Assembly: GCA_043228905.1 (NCBI GenBank)
Contig: JBHGNT010000011.1
Coordinates: 15,624,001-15,688,000, forward strand
Direction of reading: 5' to 3'
Length of the DNA stretch: 64,000 bases
Source: Azolla caroliniana
Lineage: Eukaryota > Plantae > Polypodiophyta
In this document: piece after piece, positions 1 through 13,100 of the stretch
How the letters are laid out: every line of letters begins with the position of its first letter
Numbering within the stretch: the stretch's first letter is position 1
Position numbers and translations under genes: made by a program
The notes under the pieces: generated by a model
What the model saw: only the letters and a program-made list of their open reading frames with translations
What the model was told of the DNA's origin: nothing
Database searches by the model: none

Positions 1-3000
1 TCTGCTAATTCCTTCGCTATTGCCAAAGCCAGTTTGGTTTTCCCAGATGCCTGGTAATAAGAATTCATGATTTTCAGGAAGCACGACTATTTAGGATCTT
101 GAAAAAATAAACGCTACTTCAAAACCAAGAAGATACTAGTTCCATCTATAAAAGATACCCACTTCAAAGAATGGGAACTAGCTAGATTCCATATACGTGA
201 TTAGAAAATTATTGTGGCGTAGGACCAATTCAATCTAATCTTTCATCTGTGCTTCACGGTGAAGCAAAGTTAAGAGCAAGCTCTGACTAATTCACCCGAT
301 AATCAGCAAAAAGTACTAAATGTAAAAATAGAAACTACCATGAGAACCTTATACTACATAAAATATAGTTCAATACAACATGCCACATGAAGTTTTTTGC
401 ACCACACTAACAAATCTAAAATGTGCTGGAGTTGCAAAATAAAATTACTAATCCACATCTTTTGAAAGGAATAACCATCAAGATACTTAGCAGTAACATA
501 TCTTTGAAAACCTAGAGTTGGATCTCTTACCAAAAGTCAGTTTATAATTTCAGAAAACATGAAGTCTGTAACTTACAGGTGGTCCATGTAAAAGCACATA
601 TCCAGGTAAAGGGAGACCAAGGTTACGATATCTATCCTGAGCTTCAGAAGAGAGAGAAATCTGCAGTCCTTCATGAGTATATTTGCATTTTCAGAATATT
701 TATGATGTAAACAACAACCAAAAAAGCAAATACTAAGTAAAAGAAAACCTTCATAATCTCCCTAAAGCTTCCAAAACTGATGAAAATGCACTTACGTCTC
801 AAAGCATCACCAGCAGAGTCCATTAGCCACAGCAAAGATGATAAGCTTGGGCCCTCATTGCCTTTAGAAAACCCACTTTCAGGTAACAGAGGTATAACTT
901 GTGGCTGACCAATTTTGAAGCTAAGAGGTACCTCTTTTGGCATTTTAACATCTTCTATTTCTAATAAGTTTTGATCAAACATGAACAAACTACTATAAGA
1001 TGTTGACACTAATTTGGGCAGACCCCCTTCATGTTTCTTATCAAATTCTTCAGAATTCTGGAGAGACATTAGGAAGTATAAAACATCTGAGGAATTTTTC
1101 GTATCTGCTTCAGATGGAAATTGTTTAAGAGTATTTCTATTCTGTATTTGCTTTGGCAGCAAAAACTCCATAAGTGTTTCTTTTGAAATAGGTATACTTC
1201 TAGAGTTTTCAGTTTCACATTCAGAGATGCTACCAAACTGAGCAGCAGCCCACAATTTGAACAGCTCTCGCACTGATGCATTCTCCCCATCAGTAAGGAA
1301 TCCCCCATTCTCCACATATTCCGACTCTTCTTGTTGGAGAGATACAGATTTTAATACTTTCTTGTGTCTTTCCCAATCCGATAAAGTTTCAGACGCTGTT
1401 TTATTGGTAGCAGCATTTTCACCTTCTTCTTGCACATGCCTAAGACTTTCAGATTTGGCATGAGATATTTCTCCACCCTTAAAACTGATCGATGATAGTA
1501 CAATACCCGCATTCATCAGACTTGGGGTTCTATTGTAGCTTCTAATTTCTATACCTGTACAAATTCAAACATTCAGTTTGGTGAAATGAAAACATTAAAA
1601 AATCATCAACACAATTGTTTTAGTTATGAAGATAAAATAACATGCAGTGGTTTGTGGAATTTTTCGATAATTGCTAAACCGCTGTAAATTGTCAATTTTC
1701 CTTTGCTTCTTGCTTCATTGAATCTATCCAATTCCTGAATCAATAATGTTGTATTTATGTTTCAGGTCAGTTTTGCTAAACAATTTTAGTTTCTTTGTTA
1801 TTTGGCACCCAGGGGTGGAAGCTTGGATATTTATGTGAGTTTTATCCCATAGGTCAAGTTTGGCCTCTAGTGAGAATGAATTTAGTGTTCTTTCTTTCTT
1901 CCTTTGTTCTATGCCTGCCAACTTTTCATTTGTTGCATAAGCCCATGCATTCATGTGGTTTAGGAAGATTTTTTATTTGTTCGATATACTCTCTCTTGTA
2001 TGGCACATGGATATACTCTCTCTTGTATGGCAGATTTGAGGTGCCCCAAGGGGATTGCAATCCACTGGAGAAAACAGGCATTGACAATGATGACAAGATC
2101 ATCTGCAATTGAAGAGGGGGTATAGAGGATAAGGGTGGCGATGAATTCTTCACACTTAAGAATTTGCAAAGATGCCAATTGTACTTAGTCTCTAATGAGT
2201 TATCCTATAATCTGTTACTCACTCAATGCCAATTTACCAACTGTAATATGTTCAATCACGATGCAGACCAACTATTGGGGTGACAGACCCTGAAACATGA
2301 ACCAAAAGCATGGTGCAATCATTGCTTCATCGTGATGTCAAAATGGTCGCAGAGCTATGAGATATACAGGCCCGTCTATAATGGGGTATGTCAAACATAT
2401 CTATCATTTTGCTTGACCGCACAACACTGATAGAAAGTAGCAATCATTAGAACCATAATAGCTTGTGCAACTTCCAGTTGCACTTGAACAGCCATGGCTC
2501 AATTTTGATACGTAACTTATCAGAAATGCGACCTGAAATCCAGTCTGAGATACATCCATGGCCATCCAGTATCCCAAGTGCTGAAATACAGGACTAGGGG
2601 GTATCACAAACCAAGATCCCAAAGTCTATAATGGGGTATGTCAAACACATCTATCATTTTGCTTGACCACACAACACTGACAGAAAGTAGCAATCATTAG
2701 AACCATAATAGCTTGTGCAACTTCCAGTTGCACTTGAACAGCCATGGCTCAATTTTGATACGTAACTTATCAGAAATGGGACCTGAAATCCAGTCTGAGA
2801 TACATCCATGGCCATCCAGTATCCCAAGTGCTGAAATACAGGACTAGGGGGTATTACAAACCAAGATCCCAAAGTCTCTATCTATACAGGAAATGACTGA
2901 TTTAGATCTGCGATCTGGAGACCAGAACATACGAAGTCCAGATATTCATTGCCTTCTTCAATTTGCCATGTCCGGCATACAAAATAAGACCATAATTAAG

Positions 3001-4836
3001 GCATACACAAGAGCCTATGGAATTAGTTGCTTCCCAGACGGCAATATCCAGTAGCATTGGAGAATATTTTTTATTGAGGCAGCACTAGTTTTCGTACATT
3101 CGTTCAATGTTTCTTTTCACGGAGAGAATTTATTCACTGAAATTCTGAGTTTGTTTTTAAATTCTCACACATGTACCACTTTGTATCTTGAGACATGTCA
3201 TCGTGCCATTTCTTTCTTTCTTTAACTGGATGCAAAATCTATGTACCACTTTTTTTCATTGGCATGACTATCTATCAACATTTATCGGGTGAGCATCAGT
3301 TGTGAAGACTAGTATGTAATGAGAATTTGTTGAGAAGACTAGTTATACATACGTGTATGGATTTGAGCTCCAATGAAGAGTCGAATTGCGCTTGAAAGCA
3401 TAACATGTCCCTTCGCTACAAGATGAGAATACACCACCCGCAACACAACACTTTTTGCAGGCCTATCAATCTTCTCGGCATCTTTCTTTTCAGCCTCATT
3501 CTTTCCATTCTGGTCCTTCCATTTCAATGCGCCATCTAGACTTCTTACACTTACAAGCTGACCATTGATCAAAGGTATTTTCTTTGCAGTTTTTGCCGAT
3601 ACAAAAATACTTGTTGTAGGTGCTATGGAACACTTGAAGTTTTCCAGCTTACATGGCTGCAACAGTGAGGATTTCAGTTCTTGTACACGTAAACATGCCT
3701 TTACAATGGATGGCTCAACAATAGTGGTGTTTTGTCGTGGTGTAAATGTTTTACGAGGTTTTGGTGCTACGATCAGCTCAGTTCCTGGCACAAGCCGGAC
3801 CTGTTTAAAGCAAGAAACAGCATTGCCAAGTGAGTCGTGACCTCCTCTTAAAAAATAACTTGCGATTAGTTAGAGATCCAGACCACTTGTTTTGGTGCAG
3901 CTGAGATAACACGGAGTGTAAGGACAATGTCTCCATGAACCCAGATAGGAAAAAGCTGCCCTGAGCTAAGCACACCAACCTGTTAAAATAGAAATGTAAA
4001 ACTATAGAATCTTACATAAATTTATATACATAAAGCTTAGAAATTCATGAAGGAAAACAGTAATATGGAAAAGTTAATTTGGTCTACAACACGGTACTAA
4101 ATTAATACCTGACTAAGGATATGATCTTCAACAAAACCTGCATTAAGTTCCAAAATCTCCCAATCATCCTCTGTCGCTGGTTCTACTTCAACAGAGACAG
4201 CATTTGCAACATCTGTTAACGCCCTTAAATATAATGTCGCACCATCATGAAGCCCCACACACTCTGCTAGCTTCTTAGACACCTGTAAATAATAGACGTT
4301 TAAAACCAAAAGTCTATACTTTGTTATGTCTAAACACATACATCAGCATAAAATATACACCTTACGCTTGTTCCCTACCATATTCATGATTTCAAATACC
4401 ATTATATGGCTGCAAATGGTGTTATATATCAGTAAGAAAGGATATCATAAGGACTTCTAAACGAACAAGGATGCAGAAAATGACATTCTCTAACTACAGA
4501 CAAGAAAGAAAAGAAAAAAAAATTAAAAAATTAAAAAATAAAGAAAAGAATGCCTAATACAGATAGAGAGAGAGGAGAATCAAGATAAATAAAGGACAGA
4601 TTTTGATAGAAGGAAGAAGAAGAGATAACCTCGATAGAAGATGAGAGGGAAGAAGCGCCAGCCCAAGACAGATAGAAACGATCCGACAAATTAGAGCTCT
4701 TGGGATATCTGAGCTCAAGCGTAACAGAGAAGATATCATCATCTCTGTTTCTGCCTTGCAAGGCATCGATAGCATGGAGAGGTAATGCAACGAAGCAATC
4801 TCTCATCCCTGGCACAGTAGAAACCTGCAATTCCAT
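1..4836 (-). CDS. PEX1: Peroxisome biogenesis AAA-ATPase PEX1, 5' part (continues beyond the left edge)
   Basis: GT-AG exons join in frame: 4836-4630, 4282-4109, 3979-~3884, 3800-~3352, 1554-796, ~669-578, 50-1. PEX1 N-domain motifs CFVALP, YLSWAG, VEVEPATEDDWEILELNA, RLVPGTELIVAPK; first Walker A split by an intron: LLHGPP|ASGKT. Confidence 0.93.
2374..2877. repeat. Near-perfect 250-bp tandem duplication in a PEX1 intron
   Basis: GTCTATAATGGGGTATGTCAAAC starts at 2374 and again at 2624; only a handful of substitutions; explains the twin 72-aa ORFs. Confidence 0.97.
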
Positions 4837-7149
4837 GGGCGGGGAAGGGGCAGGGAGGAATCAGAGCTTCAATTCATAAGAGGGAGAGAGAGAATTAAAC
4901 AAATAAAGCAGAGAAAGATTTTGGGTTGAGAGTGGGATAGGTGGAAGAAGCAGGGGAAGAAGCAGGGGAAGAAGCAAAGGTTTTATATGTATGAATGAAT
5001 GAAGATACATATATGAAAAATAATAAGCCTTCTCTTTTATGAAGGATTGCTTTGGTTCAACGTTAGCCTCTAGGCTCTCCCTTAACATGAGATAATTTCT
5101 TCTTCCCATTTGGCACTTTACGTGCTATATGTACCCTCAATACCCACACTCATACAATGACCATGACCAACCATTAGCCAAAACATATCAATCATATCAT
5201 CATTCCATGTGTCGTTTATCTCAAACTTCATCTCCTCGAGCTCCTTGAGACTATAATGTTCCTATTGTGAAAATTACCGTCCATATCAGAAGAGTAGAAC
5301 AATTTTCATGGTGTTATCAATCTCTAACTTTGGTTGTGTCGGGATCTTTGAGATATTATTATGCACGTCAAAATGTGCAATTACCATCTATTACAAAATA
5401 ATAGAAGATTTCCCAACATCACGAATGTCCAACCTAGTTGTTTCAAAGCCATTTAGAGTATACGTCTCAAGAATTTCCCCAAAAAGCATGAAATCATCAC
5501 ATGTTTTCTTGAAGAGAAATAATCAAAACATCATTCTTCAATATCTAGTGTGGTTATGTTTGAGTTCTCAAAGATTGTGTTATGCGGCCTTATAGTCAAT
5601 CTAATCATGTATTAATGGATATGAGTGTGCTAATGATGACCATTTACATCTTTCTCAAGAGATGCTTTTGTAACATTGTCAACATGAGTGGGTTGTGATA
5701 TTCTATTGGCATCAAATCAATCCATCATCATGCATCATTGAAATCAATTAGCCCCATTACATTAGTAGTGCTGGGTCCCCAAGAGTTTTAATAGTTACTA
5801 TTGCTAACCAGTGTTCATATTACTCATGAGTTGTGATCCATCCTGCATTCTTTGTTATAGCATTTGGTTGGCCACAATTTGGGTTGTTATGGTCTTGATA
5901 CTTACATACTTGGTAATTACATATGTTTCTTCTTCTATGCCCTTGTAGCAAGGAAACAACCCTCTCATGAAGGTGCACCACTTTCTTATTATCTAGAACA
6001 TACATTAAGAACTATCCAATTCCACATTCAAGGACAGAAAATTAGACGATCAAATAACCAAATGCAAATTTACACACTCACTCAATATTGCCTACAAATT
6101 CCAATAGCATCAGTCAAGTGTTAATTTCGTAACAAACTGAGAACAGGTTCATAGTAGACAAAGGATTAAGCAACTAAGGGTACCCGAGTATGTAATGACA
6201 ACTGAATTCCTTCACACCCTTGAACTTCTAAAAGGAAGACATCCCTTAAGCGAAAAATAATACACTATCACTCGTTTAGAAACAGAACTATGAAAATAGC
6301 CAAAACAGGCAGACAATCAGTACAGGTATCGCTTTACAATACAAGAGGATTGATAGCATAATTTGTCTTTACATGCATAAAATTTCTGATAAGAAACTAA
6401 AAAAGTTTCTCATGCCTATCAGTATGCATGCCAACTGATTGAAGGGCTTGCAAAACCTTTTAGTTACATTTAAATTATGATTTTTAATCATGTTTACATA
6501 ATATTGTACCCCAAGTATATATATTAAACGAAGCAATGGAAAGCTTTAAATTATTAATCTCAATTACAAATAAATCAAAAGAATCAATGCTAATTAATTA
6601 GATTGTTAGACTTTGCCATCTAAACAATATCCTCAGCTTTGCAAACCTACTTCTCTCTAAGCTCTTTATTATTTTTGGATTTTCTTTGTCTCTCAGGTAT
6701 TAGAACATACGTTACAAATTGTAGCTAGCTGCTAAGATTTGGCTTGGCCTTGTGCATAATCAAGGATCTGGGCATGCTCATCTTCGCTACCAGGCTATTG
6801 AAAAAATTAACTTCAAAGCATCGCTTTATGAATGAGCCAGGTAATTTGTATCTCAATGAGTCAATTTGGAGAAACCTCGGCAAATATTCTCTGAACTCAA
6901 TCAAAAACATGCTTATGTATGTAGCACAATTGAAACACTGGGCTTAAAATGATTTTTTATTAAGCTCCTCTTTCCATGCCTCCCAGTAAAAATACCAAGC
7001 ATTAAGACTTTTTGTATATATTCCATTGAGTAATATAACCTTATTTCTGCAAGGGCAAATACATTATGGTTGTGTTTAGAATCAAGCAAAACAAATATAG
7101 AATCCTATCACAATATACTGAAATTTAATCTAGAGATACACAGCATACC

Positions 7150-10100
7150 TTAAAGTTCTGAAACCCCCACTTTCCTTACTTGAATGAGGTGTGTGGATTC
7201 AGCTCGCCAAATTGGTGTTCGGCCACTTTGAACAATTGTAACTTCCTCTCCATCCTTCACAAGTCCATGATCCTGACATAGCATGTGGAAGTTAGAACCA
7301 ACGCAACATTTTTCAGAAGAAAAGAAGGACACTTATTTAAGACTCAAATCAAAATGTACTAACCTGCAGAAGGGAAAGAGCATTAATAAAGGTGTTTTCT
7401 CCATCATCTGAAAAAGGCATGATGATAGGCCGGACACCCCGATAAAGTGCTAGTTTTCTTTGAACTTTTTTCCTACATAAAATAGATATCTATCTCTAAT
7501 AATAATTTTCAAATATAATGATTATCCATAAGAAATGCAAGATTGAAGGACATATGTTACAAGCATGAAAATTCAAGCACATAAAAGAATATATGCCAGT
7601 TGATACTCCCATTCAGTCATCCTCAGGAATTCAAATTTTGAACTTTTTACTATTATGATTTGAAAGTAATAGATTCTGAAACTCACATTCTTGCCCGTTT
7701 CCTCAATGAATGATGAGTTTCACAACTTTTTGCAGCCTCAGCTTAAAATAAGCCAGACGTACATCATCTTGAGTAAATCAGAAACAATACTGTGAAATGC
7801 GCATGGCTGATTTTGGATGAACTCTTCTAGTTGGTCAGTGCAAAGAGAGAATGGATTACGTGATAAAGGACATCCTTGTATCAAAGATACCTAGGAGAAA
7901 GAATGACATATTAACATCCTTTTAGAAGCCAAAATGTCTACAAGAAAGGACAAGAGATTATATCTGGAAATGTTGTCAATCTTGGGGAAGACAAACCAAA
8001 ATAAATATAACCAGATTAGGAAAAACTCCCTAAAGTAGTAGATATTCCCATTAGCTAAGCATTTAATACTGTAAGCTTAGATAACTGAAACTTTTTCATT
8101 TGAAAGATATGCAGGCATGGGTTGATCCAAGTTGGACACATCTACAAAGAAAGTAAAGCACCTTCGATGTGATAATGGCCTTGATTTGTTGTGGCACAAA
8201 AGGATTCAACCTACATTCAGATGGAGGTGCAATCATCAAGCCTAAGGGCCCCCAAGTAGCTCCAATGTTGTACCCTATGAAGGCTTGTTTACCTTGTTTT
8301 GACCCTGATTGTGGTACGAATTGCGTCAGGTTCACCCATCCATCCATGTAATCTGAAATTCATAGTGGGTGATAATGGTGCTACACACCTTGTTTGATAC
8401 TCTTGGTGCTCCAACCTTTCTCCCAACACCAACTCATCGTGTGCACAAACCCCCACTGCATATCCTTTTGTACCTTAATAGTTTGCAATTGTTGCATGAG
8501 TTTGGCGTATGGCACTGTATCAAAGGCTTTGGCAAAATCTACAAAGCTGAAAAATATCCTCTTTCCATGGACTCTACCCTCAACAAGAGCTTATAATTAC
8601 TGTGTGAGAAAAGCTGTTAATAGCAGCAGTGGAACAGTTAGAACAAAATAGACACAGCCAAGCTGTGAGAAGGCTGTTAGACAGCAGTAGAAAAAATGGT
8701 TGCAAAGACTAGAGACAGCCAAAGTGTAGAGCTTGTTTTTTAAGTAGCAACAAAAGTAAAAGTCTTTACAAAAGAGGCTGGTATAGCCTATGTAAAGAAT
8801 CTAGCTCTAGTAGAGTTTAGTATTCAGAAGCGTAGTGTGTGTGTGAGAGAGAGAGTGAATGTATAAGCAAGAGAAGGAATTACAGAGAATAACCAGAAAA
8901 ATAAGAAAACACGCAGTAGGGGGATGACAGCTTATGCACTTAAGAGAGCTATATTAATTATCTAAAAATCATCAACTAAACTGAATGGCCAAAGGGGGTT
9001 TTATATACAAGTCCTCAAGGGACTATTAAATGTGTTGGTGGAATCTAACCAAGATATCCACTTGAGGACGATTTTGTCATAAGAATATCTAATATTCTTT
9101 GACCACACTAACACTCGACAACTACACGGATTACAATAAAGTGTGCTCACACACTTTTTCATACATCGTCCTTTTCTTCACAAGCACATGTTCACACAAG
9201 TTGAGCTTGATTCTCAACAGCCTATTTATACAAAATTAGGGAAAGTGAAAGTGGGTGAAATGGTTGTTTGGTAGTTAAGTGACTCTTGTACTACCAAACA
9301 GGTACAATAAACTAGGAATAAGAGGGAATATCTTGGAAAGAGTGGAAGAGAGAAAACGCATTTAAAGCGTTGCAGATTCTAGAGAGCGAAGCCATTTAAA
9401 GAGTTGCCGATTCTAGAGAGAGAAGAATCTAGGAAGAGAGAGAATGTAGAACAGAGATAATAAAGATGAAAGAGTGCAGGTCTGGAGCTGCCACCCTCCT
9501 CTCAACTCCAAAACGGCAGTCCAACATTGAGTTGACGGAGGAGTTGATCAATAGATTGCCTTGGAAGTGGCTTAGTAAATAAATTAGCCACATTTTCTTG
9601 AGTAGGGTAGGACAATATGCCAAGTTGATGACTTGTGATTTCACTAATTCACAAACAAAATGGTAGTGCACTTTGATATGTTTTGTTCTACCATGAAATG
9701 TTGAGCTATGTGTCAAGGCATGGGCACTTTGTTTGTTGGTGAAAACTGCAATAGGAGAGTCTTGCAAAACACCAATGTGAGAAAACAATTGCATTAACCA
9801 TAACAACTCACAAGTATCCAAGTAGGCTCGATATTCAGCTTCCGTCAATGAAGTAGAAACTGAGTTTTGCTTCTTTGATTTCCAAGAAATCAAGCCTAAA
9901 CCTAACATAAAACAATAGCCAGATGTGGACTTTCTAGAATCAATATCACCTACCCAATCCGCGTCCGAGTAGCCAACAAGCTCAATGCCGTCTCTAAAAG
10001 AGAGACCATAGTCGAGTGTGTTGGCCAAATACCTAAGAACTAAAATAGCTGCTTGCAAATGACTTTGTCTCGGAGCACTTGAGAATTGGCTGAGAATACT

Positions 10101-13100
10101 CATGCTATAGGACAAATCAGACCTGGTGTAAGTTAAGTGAAGAAGAGACCTTTTGTAGAGAATCGTAGTTGAGGTGACCGAACCTAGCATGTCACAACGT
10201 GGGATCTTCTTGTGCCACCAAGGCATGAGAGCCTTCAAGAAGATGAGATTTGGATTTTTCCAAGGGGCTATGGGAACTTTTCAGGCGATATAAACCCCCT
10301 TCTTGTGTGCCACTAGCTACAATTTGTAGGCTGTTGAATGATTTCCAAAATTGAGCTATCAAAGTAGACTACATAACCTTGCTTAGTGATTCAGTAGACC
10401 GAAAGTAGGTTGGCAAAGATGCGAGGCACATGTAGCACATCTTGAAGAATGGTAGGTTCATCATTTGAAGAAGTGTTAACAAACACATTACCCACACACG
10501 AAGCCTCAATGCTTGAGGCATCTCCTATGGAGATTTGGGGGGAGCTAGGCTTCACATCATGCAAAATGGATTTGTCATAAGTCATGTGTGTAGTGGCACA
10601 ACTATCTACTAACCACTCATCAATGGTTGAGGTAGTTGTTCCAGCCAAATGTGAAGAATGTTCCTCAATGCCAAGGAAAACTGTTTCTTTGGCTGAGTGG
10701 ACCGAGTTTGATATTGGTGTAGGTTGACTTTCGGTAGACGAAGATTTATTGGCATTGTCCCTTTTCTTTTTCCGACAGTCAGGCTGAATGTGACCTTTGT
10801 AGCCACAATAATGACAAGTGAGCTCCTTGTGGGCTGGGTTGTTTGGTGGTCTTGGATTGGGTTTGTTGTAGGAATTGCCATTTTGCTTCCACTTGCCTTT
10901 ACTTTTCGCATGTAGAAGCGTCTCATTGGAAGTTTGAGCACTTTTCTTCCTTGTTGCCCTGTCTTGTAGCATGCCAAGAAATGTATTCATATCAGGTGTG
11001 TTGGGAAGAAGAGAAATTGCGTCACAAAAGGCTGAGAATGACTCAGGCAACTTTATCATTAGACGATGCACAAACTCAACTTCAGTTGACTTGTTTCCCA
11101 AAGAAACTAGTTCCTTTTGGAGAGTAACAAATTGCGTTATTTGATCCATGATGTTGGGAGTGTCATGAATCTTGAGATTTGCTAGTTGGCTCTCAATAGC
11201 TATCATTTGAGCATGATTAGCTCGATGATACCTCTTTTTGATGGCTGCCCATAGCTCATTGGCTGTCTCGTCATCTGTATCTTGAAATTGACGAGCGATG
11301 CTCGGTTTAATATTAAACATGAGGAAAGAATGCACGAGAATCCTTATCTAGCCAAGCTTCAATCTCAGCATTAGATGAGCCAGTAACGGATTTGGTTGAA
11401 GAGGATGAATTTACTGGTGGCTTCTTGTCACTACCATTGACTACATTCCATAGACGATAGTACTGTAGCAAGGTCTTTATTTGCAGTTCCCAATCCAAGT
11501 AATTGTTCCCATCCAAGATGTACTCTTTGGGGAGTTGGGGAGTTGGGGAGTTGTTGATGAAACAATGGCGGCATGTGAGGCCATGGATATTCTCCTCTTG
11601 AGCTACAACTGGACAATTTGCAGCAGCTGTATGGAGATGCTCAGGGTCTTCCTACTCCTCCCTAGATGCTAGGCAAGGCTCAAATGAGGGGGAAAGAAAA
11701 AAGAAGAACCTCCTCTGTAGGAGGGGAGGGAGGGATAAAAGAAGATAGGTCTGTGTGCTCTTTTGCAAAAAAAATCAGCCTGAGGATATGGAGACCTCAT
11801 TGCTCTGATACCATGTGAGAAAAGCTGTTAATAGCAGCAGTGGAACAGTTAGAACAAAATAGACATAGCCAAGTTGTGAGAAGGCTGTTAGACAGCAGTA
11901 GAAAAAATGGTTGCAAAGACGAGACACGCCCAAAGAGTAGAGCTTGTTTTTAAGTAGCAACAAAAGTAAAAGTCTTTACAAAAGAGACTGGTATAGCCTA
12001 TTTATACAAAATTGGGGAAAGTGGGTGAAATGGTTGTTTGGTAGTTATGTGACTCTTGTACTACCAAACAGGTACAATAAACTAGGAATAAGAGAGAATA
12101 TCTTGGAAAAAGTGGAAGAGAGAAAAGGCCTTTAAAGCATTGCAGATTCTAGAGAGAGAAGAATCTAGGAAGAGAGAGAATGTAGAACAGAGATAATAAC
12201 GATGAAGGAGAGTGCAAAGCCTGCCAACTACAGTGTCCAATATCCATGTTTCTATGCCCATTCAATCAACTCTAACTCCAAAATTGAACAATTTAACATG
12301 GCCAAATAATGGCCCATCATCATTGTTCTGTAGGTACTCGATAAAAATGAACTTCCGATTTTTCTGTGAGAAATATTGATGTGAACAGCTCATTCCTTTC
12401 ATTGAGGTTACCTGCTCTTTTAGGTACAATTATCATCAGACCTGGCACATTAGAAGATCACAGCCTTGCATCACGGTGCCTCCTTTATGCCTTGACAAAT
12501 TTCATGAAATTATCACTAACAGGTTCATGCTTATATATGTCAACACTACAATAAAGAAGGACATTCATTTATCCTATGGGCTCAAAAACACACTAGTGAT
12601 GAGATAAATACTTCTAGTATCAGCTGCAAACTGGGAGTACGAAATATGTACCTTTAGAGCCTACAAGACCAGATATGAGATTGGTGAGATTGAGATGAAT
12701 GATATTAAATTTGCATGCGCAAAATCATCTACCACAGGCAGGAGAGGATTTTAGATCTTTAGATAACTTCACGGCCTGATTCTAACCACAGATGTTTGCT
12801 GTTGAATAACTTAATTTCCATTTTGGGAACTTCTCTAGATCATAGAATAGGGCTAGAAAATTTTGCAAAATATAATATCAGATATATCTAGTCAGCAGAC
12901 AATAGTATTCTACTTCATACAATATGGCACACTAAACTCCCCCTCAGCTAGTTCTTTCCAAATGGATCAAGTTTACCATTATTATCAATGTCCGTGCTTC
13001 ATTCATTTTAACAATCTATTTTGATCAGTTGTTCTCAGGCAATTGTGTATAAAGTAAATAAAATGAGAACCACACAATGTGTTCCCATTCATAAATATAG

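Noticed and set aside
2404-2872. Two near-identical 72-aa ORFs
   Set aside because: By-product of the 250-bp intronic duplication; TTG starts and no recognisable motif.
4861-5109. 82-aa upstream ORF before PEX1
   Set aside because: Low-complexity CT-rich leader/promoter sequence; no evidence it lies within the transcript.
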